A stretch of 64,000 bases of DNA from Mobula hypostoma (lineage: Eukaryota): contig NC_086106.1 of the NCBI RefSeq assembly GCF_963921235.1, forward strand, positions 24,118,001 to 24,182,000, written 5' to 3'. Below are positions 25,153-36,863 of the stretch, piece by piece (positions within the stretch are counted from its first letter, which is position 1; each line of letters begins with the position of its first letter). The position numbers and the translations under genes are program-made. Under the pieces are notes generated by a model. It saw nothing but the letters and a program-made list of their open reading frames with translations. It did not search any database and was not told the DNA's origin.

Positions 25153-28009
25153 ACGCCCGTTAGAGAAAAAGCGACTGTAAGAGGTAGCGAAAGATACAGT
25201 ATTATTATTGGTGTGGTATAGTTTTGTAACAGGCACTGAAATACGAGGAATGGCCAAAGGAAAGAGGTATAGGAAAACGCATTTTATCAATTCCTAATAG
25301 TATCACAGCTTGGAGTTTCCGGGCTTAATATTCCAACTAATTGTTTGGAGTCCATTCAAAGGCAAGCATGGTCCTGAGGACAATCTGAGAAGGGAGATCG
25401 CTTTCAGAAATGACAAAACTAAAACAATTCGGAAAGTGACAAGCAGAAATAATTGTATAGAGTGATGGAAATTACCATCAGATCGTATAACCTTTACTGA
25501 GAGACGTATGAATACGAACTTCCAGTGGTGTACTATTCATCGCAGCAGAGATGACATTAAAAGGTATGCGTTAAGTGTGTAGATATGAGTCAAATTCGTT
25601 GTTGTACGTTTACGATCGTGCATGGAACTTCTGAGCAAAAAATGGTCGTTTGTATCTTCAAACCATATTTTTAAGGCGGCATACAGGTTTCTCACTTCTC
25701 CTAATTGAATAGATTACGGAGGCCAAATGCTGGTGAGTCACGTAAATTATCTAATTATCTCCCCGTGATATACTGTATACGGGGAAATATATCACGGTCA
25801 AATACAGTCGACTACATGAAAGCACTAAAGGTTATTCAAAGGAAAATTACCGTATTGGTTTAGAAAGCAAACAACGGGTAAGTGAATATTCGGAGGTCAA
25901 ATGGATGACTTTCAAAATATTGAGATTCATAAAAAGCCTTGAAGGGAATGATGTGACTAGACCTGCAGTCTCACATGTTCACCTTAGTACATGTAAGGAA
26001 AATCATTACTGATATTTCTGATAAACTATTTTCACCTAGTAATTGCGAGAATTAGGGAATACAACTTATATTAACTTGCAGCTAATACTTATGGACAAGG
26101 AAGCTGATGTTGATGGAACCATGTATTTTTGTAACAGGTTCGCTGCTCCGACAAATGGAACAGGAAATAGTGAGTGAATTGGTGTATTAATCACCTAATT
26201 TCAAACAGAGGAAATAGATCAAATATTCATTTCCCCCAAAATATAGACCAATAAAGCTGAATACTCGCCAAGCATATGGTCAGCAGATATACGTAACTAA
26301 AAGCACGCACAGAGCATACACTTCGTCATGTGCACCAATTACCATAAACAAAGTGGGAGAAACATATACTACCACAGTAGCTCTATATATACTCAGGATG
26401 TGTGAAACATAATACCAGGCAGTTAGCCAATGAAAAAAATCAGCTGCAGTTTCTGAGCTAACGATTCACAACTAAGCAACATTAGACCGGGAAAAGAAGC
26501 GACGCCCCCACAGGCACACCACAGCTCAAAAGCTGCGAACGTGATGATCCAACCATCAGACTAGGACGACCACTGTATCGGGACTTCCCTAAGTGAAAAG
26601 TAACACAAAATAAAACACAGCTAATACTGTAAAACGAATAGTCACACCCTGTACACGACGCTAGATCATCACCATCCCTGTGCCCCCAAAAGGTCACCAT
26701 CCGCACCCCAGAATATAATAGCTAATTCTGCTCACTGGAATTCAGATGTGTCAACCATGTGAGTTTATGTTACCTGTTCCGTAAGGAATGTTGGTGCAGC
26801 ATTGTTGATAAAGCTCAACGAGTATAACATTCCACGGTGAGCAAGTATTCTCACGTCATCAAAATCAGTTCCTGGAACATTTCGGAAACACTATATGGAG
26901 AAGGGCTATTACTCAATACCTTCCCTACTTTGTAATACCCCACGTAAAGAGCAAAATGTCGCCCAGGAAACAAGTGAGGCATACATACGTCTCAACATAT
27001 CAACTTCTGAAAGCTGTCAAAACCCCGGTATACCGAGGAACTGCATGTCCATTAGCTGTCATTCAGTGTTCAACAAGTGTCCGGTTTCGTAGGAACATCT
27101 GGGATAGACAGAGCTGTCCTTGGGTCCTGGTCCTGCTGTCTTTACCATTAACCTTACGTCTTTATTTGTAGACAACATACCTTCTGCACCAGCAGTCTGT
27201 CAGTCGGGGAAATCACTTTAAGTTAGGACTTTCCAGTTAAAAAAATATACTTGGGAAAATAGCAGTTTTTAAAGCATTTTCTCCACCTGAGGCATTGAGT
27301 CTCAGGTATCTACAGTGTACTACGTTAGTCTGGTTCGTTTAGTTGGCATACATTACTCCCTCCAAGCTCCCTAGAAAAGAATATCAACAGCTGACGTGCC
27401 AGATAATATCCCCCAACAGTATTTTCTTCGTCCGTTGGATCCATTTCAGTGGTATACCTTACATAAAGTAGTAAAGAATTCATTCGATAATTTCAGTAAT
27501 CTACCCCGTTGGTTGACTGTGCATATTCAAAATTCTAACCCCAGGACTGTATCACAGTATCTCCAACCACAGTCTAGAATCCACCACTCTAATAATTTGT
27601 TATGCTAGAGATACAAAATGCAGTCACTCCCGATTAGTCACATGATATTTAGGACGCATGGAACCAACATAAATTCTAGAATTGCTTCCGTAACGCTTAA
27701 TTCCCTTTAAAATGCGGGCAGCTCATATCCAAAAATATAGTTGCCCAAATTTCAACTCAAGCTTTTTATGATATGAGCCATGCCTGAAACCAAATGCATG
27801 GGGAAACACGTAGCAAGGTCACAGCTTAGGACACAGTAAACACGTAACAGGAGAGGAAACAAATAAAAAATGCAATTGACTAAACGAAAACAAGTAACAG
27901 AGCACATATGAAACACAGACACAAATCGCAAAACTGGAGATGTGTTATTCTTTATAGCTTGCGATGGAATTGTAAGAGTACCATACGTATGTTTAAGTGC
28001 TTCTGTTAC

Positions 28010-28590
28010 CCGAACACATAGAAAAAAAAAATAGAACACAGGCACTTCTGCCCACAGAGTTGTGCGGAACATCTCCCTACCTTAGAAATAGCTAGGGTTA
28101 CTCATAGCCCTCTATTTATTTAAGCTCCATGTACCTATCCAAAAGTTTCTTAAATGACCCTATCCAATCCGCCTCCACTACCGCTGCCGGCGGCCCATTC
28201 CACGCACTCACCACTTTCTGCATAAAACACATTACCCCTGACATCTCCTCTGTACCTACTGATAAGCAGCATAAACTTGTGCCCCCTTGTGGCAGCCATT
28301 TCAGCCCTGAGAAAAAAGCCGTCACTATCCACACGATCAATGCCCTTCATCATATTATTCATCTCCATCAGGTCACCTCTCATCTTCCGTCGTTCCAACG
28401 AGAAAAGGCCGAGTTCACTCAACCTGTTTTCATAAAGCATACTCCCTAATCCAAGCAATACCCCTGTAAATCTCCTCTGCACCCTTTCTATGGTGTCCAC
28501 ATTCCTTCTGCAGTGAGGCGACCAGAACTGAGCACAGTATTTCAAGTGGGGTCTGACCAGGGTCGTATATAGTTGCAGCATTACCTCTCA
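28010..28590 (-). mobile_element. CR1 3' fragment
   Basis: LYTTLVRPHLKYCAQFWSPH..ERVQRRFT..LGLFSLERRKMRGDL (ORF 28150-28581). Confidence 0.9.
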
Positions 28591-29866
28591 TGATGATGCG
28601 ACGGGCAGACTGGTCATCTCTGAAGGCGAAGTACGCAGTTATTTCCAACTGGTGGACAGTCGCTAGGCCGCGTGACCGGATGGCATCCCAGGGCGAGTAG
28701 TAAGGAAGTTCGCGTCTGAACTGGCACGTGGGTTTACAGACATTTTTAATCTCTTCCTCTCTTATTGTAGACTTCCCTCCTGCTTCAATACCTTTAGCAG
28801 TGCCGTTGAACCAAAATGACCGAGACGACATATCAGAACAATTGGCGTCCTGTCGCACTCCCCTCAAAAGATAAGAAAATGCTTTGAGACGCTGGTCAAG
28901 GACTACATCTGCAGCATACTCCTAAAATACGCCAACCGACAGAACCGATCGATAGACAACACACTACCCACAGCTCTGCAAACCTTTCTTCCACATCAGT
29001 AGAAGAGAGATACTTGTGTGACAACGCTGTGCTTGGACTACGCTTCAGCATTCAGCACCATCATTGCCTCCAGGCTCGACAAGAAGCTCGGAGACCTCGG
29101 TCTTCACACCGCTTTGAGTATTACAACCCTGGACTAGCTGTCATATAGCCGGCAGGTGGAAAAAGTGAGCTCCCTCACTCTGCCCCACTGATCCTCAATA
29201 CAGGTGCCCTTCAGAGCTGTGTACTAAGACGCAGGGCTGTGCAATAGCTCACCGAGGACCTCGTGTGATCATTACATATTGGTTCTGTGGTGAAAAAAGG
29301 CACAACAACGCCTCTTTCACCTCATAATGTTGAAGTCGTTTGGTGTGCGGCCCGCTCCAAATTGTGATAACTTTCTATAGGGGTACAATTGAGAGCATAT
29401 TGACCGGCTGCATCACTGCCTGGCATGAGAACTGTACTTTCTTCAATCGCAGGACTCTGCAGAGAATGGTGCGGATAGCCCAGCACATTTGTAGATGTGA
29501 ACTTCTCAATAGTCAGGACATTTACAAAGACAGGTTTGTGAAAAGAGCCCGAAGGATCATTAGTGGCCCGAGTCACCCCAACTGCAAACTGTCCCGGATG
29601 CTACCATCCGGGAAACGGTACCGCAGTATAAAAGCCAGGGCAAATAGGCACCGGGACGGCTTTATTTACACCAGGCCATCAGACTGCTTAATTCCTGCTG
29701 AGGCAGATTTATTTCTATGTTATATTGAGTAGCTTGTCTTACGGAATATTTATTATAAATTATAATAATTGCACGTTGCACATTTAGCCGTAAAAGCAGT
29801 CTAATGATTATTTTTACTCCTGGTGTAGATGAGGAACGTAACCAATAAAGTCAAATCAATTCAATT
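28591..29866 (+). mobile_element. Rex1/Babar-type LINE, RT region to 3' tail (degraded)
   Basis: Remnants PDGIPGR..FTDIFN, NWRPVAL, SAFSTII, TFYRGTIESILTGCITAW and GKRYRSIKA. The tail is caataaagtcaaatcaattcaattc. Confidence 0.85.
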
Positions 29867-29981
29867 CTGATGTGCGTTTCTGGAGCCTTGTCACGTCTAA
29901 AGAGAATCAAATTTTGACATTAGTCGATCAGTTCGTTATGTGTGTGTCGTTATGCATTACTTAACATGCGTGTTCATTTGA

Positions 29982-30082
29982 CCACGCCCACGCAGGGGTA
30001 ATGCGATCTCTATGTCATCGTCCAGCATTGCTTATTTACAGCCAATTCTTGAGCAGTAATACAATCTTCCAGTGAGCTGTCA
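29982..30082 (+). promoter_or_regulatory. Putative V promoter motifs (CCACGCCCAC, CCAAT, CRE-like AGTGAGCTGTCA)
   Basis: Located 80-180 bp upstream of the V2 ATG, and at the same spacing upstream of V3 (41000-41099) and psiV4 (51837-51937, CRE-like motif decayed). Confidence 0.35.
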
Positions 30083-30162
30083 CTCCATCAAAAGCAGACA
30101 TGATTGCCTCAATAAGTTTACTGTGAGGTTGCCGATTACTGCAGAAGGCGTCAATTACCAAA

Positions 30163-30610
30163 ATGTTCAGCTCGGAGAGGTTAAACCTATTTCATCTCTG
30201 CCTAGCGCTGTTAATCAGTAAGTAAAAAGGATGTTGTACAATCACGTGCATCATTTCATCTACTGTTGTTTATACCAGTTCACCGTTCACCTGATCCGGT
30301 TCGATTTTTCTTGCTTGCAGGCCGATGTATCTCAGAAGGTGTACGACAGTCTCCCTCTGGCATAACCGCACTGACGGGCGATTCCGTGCAGATAAACTGC
30401 ACCTATAGTACATCCAGCATTTACTCCATGATGTGGTACCGGCAACAATCCGATCAGAGACTGGAGTTCATAATGCAGCGTGGAATATCTGGGAGAGAAA
30501 ACAAAGGTCGCTTCAAATTTGATCTCTCAACTGCGGGCAGTCGCGGACAGTTTACTATGGAACAGATCGAAGCCGCGGACACAGCCGTGTATTACTGCGC
30601 AATTAGGTCG
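30163..30610 (+). CDS. TCR alpha/delta-type V segment V2 (leader exon 30163-30217, intron 30218-30320, V exon 30321-30610)
   Basis: MFSSERLNLFHLCLALLI-S-RCISEGVRQSPSGITALTGDSVQINCTYSTSSIYSMMWYRQ...DTAVYYCAIRS. GTAAGT donor and TTGCAG acceptor. Cys, Trp and YYC are intact. Confidence 0.95.
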
Positions 30611-30649
30611 CACAGTTCGACTAAACGCGACGGTCCCCGCACAAAAACC
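30611..30649 (+). promoter_or_regulatory. 23-RSS of V2
   Basis: CACAGTT, 23-bp spacer, ACAAAAACC (perfect nonamer). Confidence 0.95.
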
Positions 30650-32649
30650 TTTCCACACTTTACAGCTGCATCCGTTTCCGACACCGTAGAGGGGTTTGTG
30701 TAAGCGTTCAGTGGCACTTGTTGTGTCTGTTGAATTAAAGGCGCAATAATAAAAGGTCGAGTCTCGCAGCTGCGTTTCAGAAACAACCAATAGAAATGTC
30801 TGGCTCTACTCATTGAGCATAATTGCGCTGTATTGTAGAGCAACAAATGAACGCTGTATTCTTTCTTCTCCTCTCGGCGAAGATGTTCTCTTAATGCAGA
30901 AGTTCTAAGGTCCCGCTGGAATAATGACCGTAGCAATATAGTTACATATTAGAGACAGGAGATTCTCAATAATTACAATGCAACAGCAAGTCTCGCACTT
31001 CGTTGTTGATGACTATGCCAGCAGGACAGAATCTCCTTGCAAGTTTGCTGCAAGAATTACATGGAGGGAGACTACGTTAAAATATAATGTCAAAAAGCTT
31101 CCAAACAAAATTAGCCCCTCACTGAATATATTAGTTAAGAAACAAGTAAATCCAACTTCCCCTTCAGCTCCGGAAGAATAAAAATCTCATACAGTTGAAA
31201 ATCATACTGCTCTGCAATTGGTGAACTCAACGGTTACCAAAGCTTCTGTCACCATCCTGTCTAATTCCATATTGGAAAATAAAAATCAAGTATTGAACAC
31301 TTTCTCTTTTCTGCAACTTTCAGAACACATTTAATAAAGTCTGGCATGTGAATGAATTTATAGAAGTACCATCTGAAAACAAACGCAGAACAGCAGATGA
31401 TGTTTATTTGGGATGCTAGGTATTTGTCTGGCTTTCCTAGGGATGGATCGTCCACTTCTCAAAGGAGACCTGAGAGTAGACTGCTAGTAGCATTAAGAGT
31501 GAATTCACATCAGGTAAGAGGTCAATTAAAATGAGATGGTAAAAATTACCGTTGAGGAAGACAATATATCTGCTCTTTATGAATGACGCATGGCAGTTGA
31601 CAACAGTTTTAATAGGGGAACGCTGTATCTAATGATAGCAATGTCATTTGCCCCAAGACAATTATGGAAAATGGTAGCTTAGGCCACTAAGTTACGTCTT
31701 GAATTAGAGAAATCCCACCAGATGGTATGACAGAGGATGTTGCAAGTGTTAATTGCGACAGGCTATTTTCTGGCAAATTAGAACTTGGTAAGTGGGAGGC
31801 CTACTAAAAGTAAAATATTTAAAGTAAAAGATATATATGCCTGTCGTAATAAATATTAATGATTACAACTTTAGCGACACCCGGCTTTCAGAGATATTGA
31901 GACCCTCGTTAGGGAAAAAAAAAGGTATGCATAGGAAGAAATCAGTTACCTGTGGAGAATAGAAAATGAAATATATTACTTAGGGAAAAATCAGGGTCGG
32001 ACGCTGAAAAAGCATGTGGTTGTTCTAGAAAAGAAGGGAAAGCAGAATCCTCGGGGCGTCGTAACAAAAACTCAGAGATAAAGAGTTGAAAAGATAAATT
32101 TGGCTTTCTGGAAGATCAGATTGACAATCTATGAGTGGAGGCAAAGGAGATCGGAGGAATCATAAGTTGTATTTTTGTTTGTTTGTTTTTAGTTTTTATT
32201 TTGTTTATACATTTACTCCGCAGAAGGAAAGTGCGGCAAGGCAGTAGCGTGGTGGGCACCCTACAAAGATAACATAGGAAGAAGTGTTGGTTGTCTTGAG
32301 ACAAATTAGGGTGGATTAATCTCCGGTGACCGACGGACTGTTCCTCAAGTTACTGCGGAAGAAATGTACAGTAACTTGAGGGACCTTAGCAAAGACATTT
32401 AAGTCACGGGGGAGAAAAAGAAGACCGGTGAGTTCCTGCATAACTGACGGATCAAATCTTCACAGACATCCACAGGTGTAAAGGTATCTATTTTAAACGA
32501 CGTTTCGATTACGTACTCCCGTAACTTCATCATAGAAAATGCCGAGGGAATCCTGGGTTGGTGGTGTCGTCCATCCCTCTTTTTTTTGTCGTAAACCTAT
32601 CAGGTTTCAATGCCCTGCATTGCTTATAATCAATGCGCTGCTTCTTACT

Positions 32650-33280
32650 TTGTGGGAGATCTACTTCTTCGTTAAAATTATGCTTTAGTTTAATACTAAT
32701 TCAACGACTTCAGTGACCAGGTGGTCCCACAACCATTGGCATGACACAGAAGTTTTTACAGTGGAAATGCATCCTATGGCAAGCACGTAAGCAATGTTCT
32801 GTTACCCATTTCTTCTTCAGGTAGCCCAATGCAATGCATCAACTATCCTCCCTGATGGCTGTTCGCATTGGGAGTACCATCTGGCCCATAGAAACATAAG
32901 AAGAAACATGTGACTACTGTCTGTATTCCCGATATTTCCTCTACTTCCTGAACTGTCGCTAGTATCCTAAAGAAATACTGGGTTAATGTCACCTGCAAAT
33001 TCGTAAGGAAGTCCAAATCACAACATCTGCGGACCAAGTATGACCTGTGGCTCAGGGCGGCAAGCAATTACAGGGTTCACTGTGAATAAGTAGCAGCGCA
33101 TATTGGTAAAAGGCGGTGAACGTTAGAAACCCACATCAAGGACTTCGGAAATGCATCTGCGTGGGTTACCTGGCGAAATCTGCTGCAGCAGAACATTGCA
33201 CACGTAGGACATAGGATTGACTTCAAAGCCAGAAAACTACTGTACTGCGCCAATCGAATCCAACACCGTTTAATGAAGGG
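32650..33280. mobile_element. Old Penelope-like GIY-YIG relics, inverted pair (homologues at ~44700-45050 and ~54450-55030)
   Basis: The copy B minus ORF reads YFGQTVLPMRT.ITEVSRCLTLGYPEKKAVAEHSL. The plus-strand partner at ~33070-33280 encodes HRIDFKARKLLYCAN-like sequence. Confidence 0.7.
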
Positions 33281-33929
33281 AAAAAAAAAGAAATTGTAAT
33301 AAGATGAAACATAATAATAATTTTAACAATGGTGAATGTCTCGCTTAAGTAAGCATAGGTATTCGAATGTAAACAGGATGGGACGATGATCCTGATTGGG
33401 TGAGGACTAATCAATTAATAGCGACAGCAGAGTGGGGCATTTGTGAAACCCCGCTGGTTTCCATGGCTACTAGAGTCCAGGGAAGCACTCCCCAATACAG
33501 CCAAACACATGAGATTGTGCAGGCTCTCCTATTCCAAACCCCGGTTTATGGATTCTGTGTAATTTGCTACGCTGTTGCAACTCAGAGGCAAGAAACAACA
33601 GAGAGAACATTGCATAAGATTAATGGATTTGTACTTATAAATGTTAACGAACGGGCAAGTAACGGAAAAAAAAGAAACAAGATAGAAAAAAAAACACAAA
33701 ATGGTCCATTATATTTTACAGTTAGAGCTCAATTACGCGATCCTCAGTCGATCTGGCGACTGGCTCCATCAAATCACTGTCTCCCCACCAGGTTATATCT
33801 TACGACCGGTTCTCTCCAGCGTCTTCTTATTCTGCTCCATCAGAACAAATGACCCAGCTCACATTCCAAAGCATCCCTTATCGCTAGCCATAACCCAAAT
33901 ACTACTTCTACAAAAAGATATTCCATCAG

Positions 33930-34900
33930 CAGTCAAAGATTCCCCAGGGTATTACAAATATATCCAACGGACTAGACATGACTTGGGATCATTCCTGAAG
34001 AAGATGACGGAGTCTGTAATCGAAGCGTCGGTGAAAATGGGCTTCCTGAGCGATAACTGAGTTCCTGGATGGGTGTTAGAGGAAAGCCAATATTGCTCCG
34101 CTCTTTATACAATGGTGAGGGAAAGCCAGGAAATTATAAGTCGGTGAATACGACATCAGTCCAGGCGAAAATCTGTGGAAGTTATTCTGAGTCACTGTAT
34201 ATATGAGTATCCATCGTTAGACGGAGACTGTTTAGCAAGAGTCGGCATGGGTTTGTAGATGGTACGTTGTGTCTAGACAGTGTAATATAGCTCGGCGACG
34301 AAGTTATCATGAATGTTGGCGAATAGAAGGCAGTGGGTCGTATCCATATGACCATCAGCTAGTCAACGCGCAATCAGTTGTACGGAGGTTTACCACGACG
34401 GTTAAGTTACCCGGAGCTGAAGATGAAGTTGTAAATTGCATTGTACATTTTCCGTACGGAGGAAGGCAGAGGCTGCCAGCAGATGCTTGAGTCTCTCACT
34501 AAAGGAGTGCCGCAGCGATCATGCTATATTCGCTGGTTTGTTATCATCTGCACTAACAATCACAGGGTCATGTGGTTTACCGGCTCGGCAACTTTGCGTA
34601 CGAAACCAAAGTTAGGGGAGCAGCAGACAGCGAGGAACACTACCAAAGATTGCAGAGTGATCTGGACCAGCTGGAATCATGGGCTGAAAATGGCATATTA
34701 AACATTATGCAGATGGGAGTGAGTTGTTCCACAGTAGACCGACCAGACACCTTTCACATAGAACAAAGACAAGAACGATTTCGATAAAACAAAGTGACCT
34801 GAGAATGCAGGTCAATAATTAATTTACAGGGCTCATTTCCTCATAAATCAATGTATTAAGTATTGATCTCGGGATGTTATGTTGAAGTTATCGAATTATC
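33930..34900 (+). mobile_element. Old CR1 RT relic shared by the cassettes (homologues at ~45560-46560 and ~55670-56620)
   Basis: Degenerate KPGNY.SV, HGFVDG.LCL, KGVPQ.S and ADDTKIG (best preserved in copy B), and LQSDLDQLESWA. Confidence 0.75.
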
Positions 34901-35597
34901 TATATACCTAATATAAAACCTAATATGATTGTTGTGTGCAGCTTATATCACCGACCTAGAGGAATATATTTCTATATATATACACACACATACATTTATT
35001 TCAAGCAGTACAGGGATAATTTGTTGGGTAATGGAGATTGAGTAAATAGGTTAAATATTCATTCCCTATGAAGCAGATGATTGAAGAGAGATTTTATCAA
35101 CATATACACTATTGATAGGTGTACGGATAGGAAATTGCATGCAGACTCTTTAACTAGGCTGTGTAAGACGGCAGTGAGAGCTCATGCATGAAGGATAAAC
35201 CATAAAATGCTTAAAAGGATCATGAGTGGAATTTCTTTTCACTCGGATATTGGTTATAGTGTGGAACCAGTTGTCAGTACAAGTGATTGATGCGATATAA
35301 ATGAATCATATAGGAATTTTTTGGGATATTTAAATATATGGTAGGAGTGCATGGGTCTATAATCCTGGTTCAGTTTGATAGGCTGTACAGAACTGGACAC
35401 ATTCTTCTTTGTCTATTTGACTATATGAGTCAATGCGCAGGACAAACTGCCTTTTCCACAGACAGTGGTGCCTGGGATATGCTTTGGTAATGGTAGTGAA
35501 TATGTAAACCCTAGGGTCATAAAGAAGCGTTTAGATTGGAAGATGGATATTCTAAGAGAGGAATGGCAAATTTAAGACTAAATCAGTTTAAAAAAGC

Positions 35598-35674
35598 AAA
35601 CAACAGGAATTCTGCAGATACTGGAAATTCAAGCAACACACATCAAAGTTGCTGGTGAACGCAGCAGGCCAGGC
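35598..35674 (-). mobile_element. Short Penelope pLTR-end fragment (absent at the equivalent site in cassette C)
   Basis: Reverse complement of gcctggcctgctgcgttcaccagcaactttgatgtgtgttgc.., matching 2365-2403. Absent at ~57135. Confidence 0.7.
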
Positions 35675-36688
35675 GAGAGATACTAAATTAGCTTGTTTAT
35701 TTTGTCTTTATTATGTGAATTTGCTTGGTTTCTCATAGTTGACCGAGTGATGGACCATTTGCTGTTTTTTTTTACCCCAAATTTATATTCTATGAAAACA
35801 AAATGCAGAAGATATCCATCAGGTCGACGCCATCTTTGCGTAGAGGGACCTTATTGATGTTTCAAGTGGTAATTACTTCGTTAGAACCTACTACATGGGC
35901 AACCTATTATTTCATCAGCATTATTAACGTCCGCAAAAGCGTGTTGTTAGTTGTAGCATATTGCCCCCTCTTGTGTCTTTTGCTGGCTGCGAGCACATGC
36001 TCATTGCACGTCAGAGGAGAAGACAAACACCAACACAAGTACCCAATCCTCGTGTAAACACAGTTGATCAAAGATAGTTAGAGTTAAATACTCAATCATA
36101 CACATATACGCTATGCACGGCTTAGCAAGGGACGATACAGTCACAAATTCACAGAGTGTGGCTCATACACTAGACAGATGAGATCGGAGGATAATTGAAT
36201 ACGGAGCTTTGGAAGTTAACTGTAGCCAAAGAAAGTGGGAATAACTAATAAATAGTTAAGTCAAATTAATTAGTTTTTCAGGAACGAAATCAGAAACTGA
36301 CTACGAATTCACTTTACCAAATGTTTCTCTTTTTTTTTTGCTTGCATCTGCAATTCATCTTACATTATCTATCATCTCTTCCGGGTAGCTCCGCTTTCTG
36401 ACAATACCTGTGTATTATTCTACACTACTCATTGGTATGAAATGCTCCAATTTCTACTGCAAATGTTCTCTCTTAAATATTTTTTTCACGATGTCGTACC
36501 TCAAAAGTAAACGGCGACATTTTGATCTCTGAGCAATGCTGTTTGATCCACAGCGTTTATTTTCCAGCAGATAGATTGTCTCCGCAGATTTCAGTTTCTG
36601 CAGTGCCATATATCACCAATAATTTGGCGTACTGCCCTCCTTTGAATTCATGCATCTGGAATGTCCAAGACTTCCCAATATGTGCACA

Positions 36689-36863
36689 NNNNNNNNNNNN
36701 NNNNNNNNNNNNNNNNNNNNNNNNNNNNNNNNNNNNNNNNNNNNNNNNNNNNNNNNNNNNNNNNNNNNNNNNNNNNNNNNNNNNNNNNNNNNNNNNNNNN
36801 NNNNNNNNNNNNNNNNNNNNNNNNNNNNNNNNNNNNNNNNNNNNNNNNNNNNNNNNNNNNNNN
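36689..36863. other. Assembly gap (175 N)
   Basis: Direct read. Confidence 1.

Noticed and set aside
25850-26030. YWFRKQTTGK, FR2-like
   Set aside because: No consistent Cys positions; many stops
30321-30610. AGY serine codons concentrated in V2 CDR1 (possible AID hotspot bias)
   Set aside because: Only 3 AGY of 13 Ser codons, and not seen in V1; too few to support a claim
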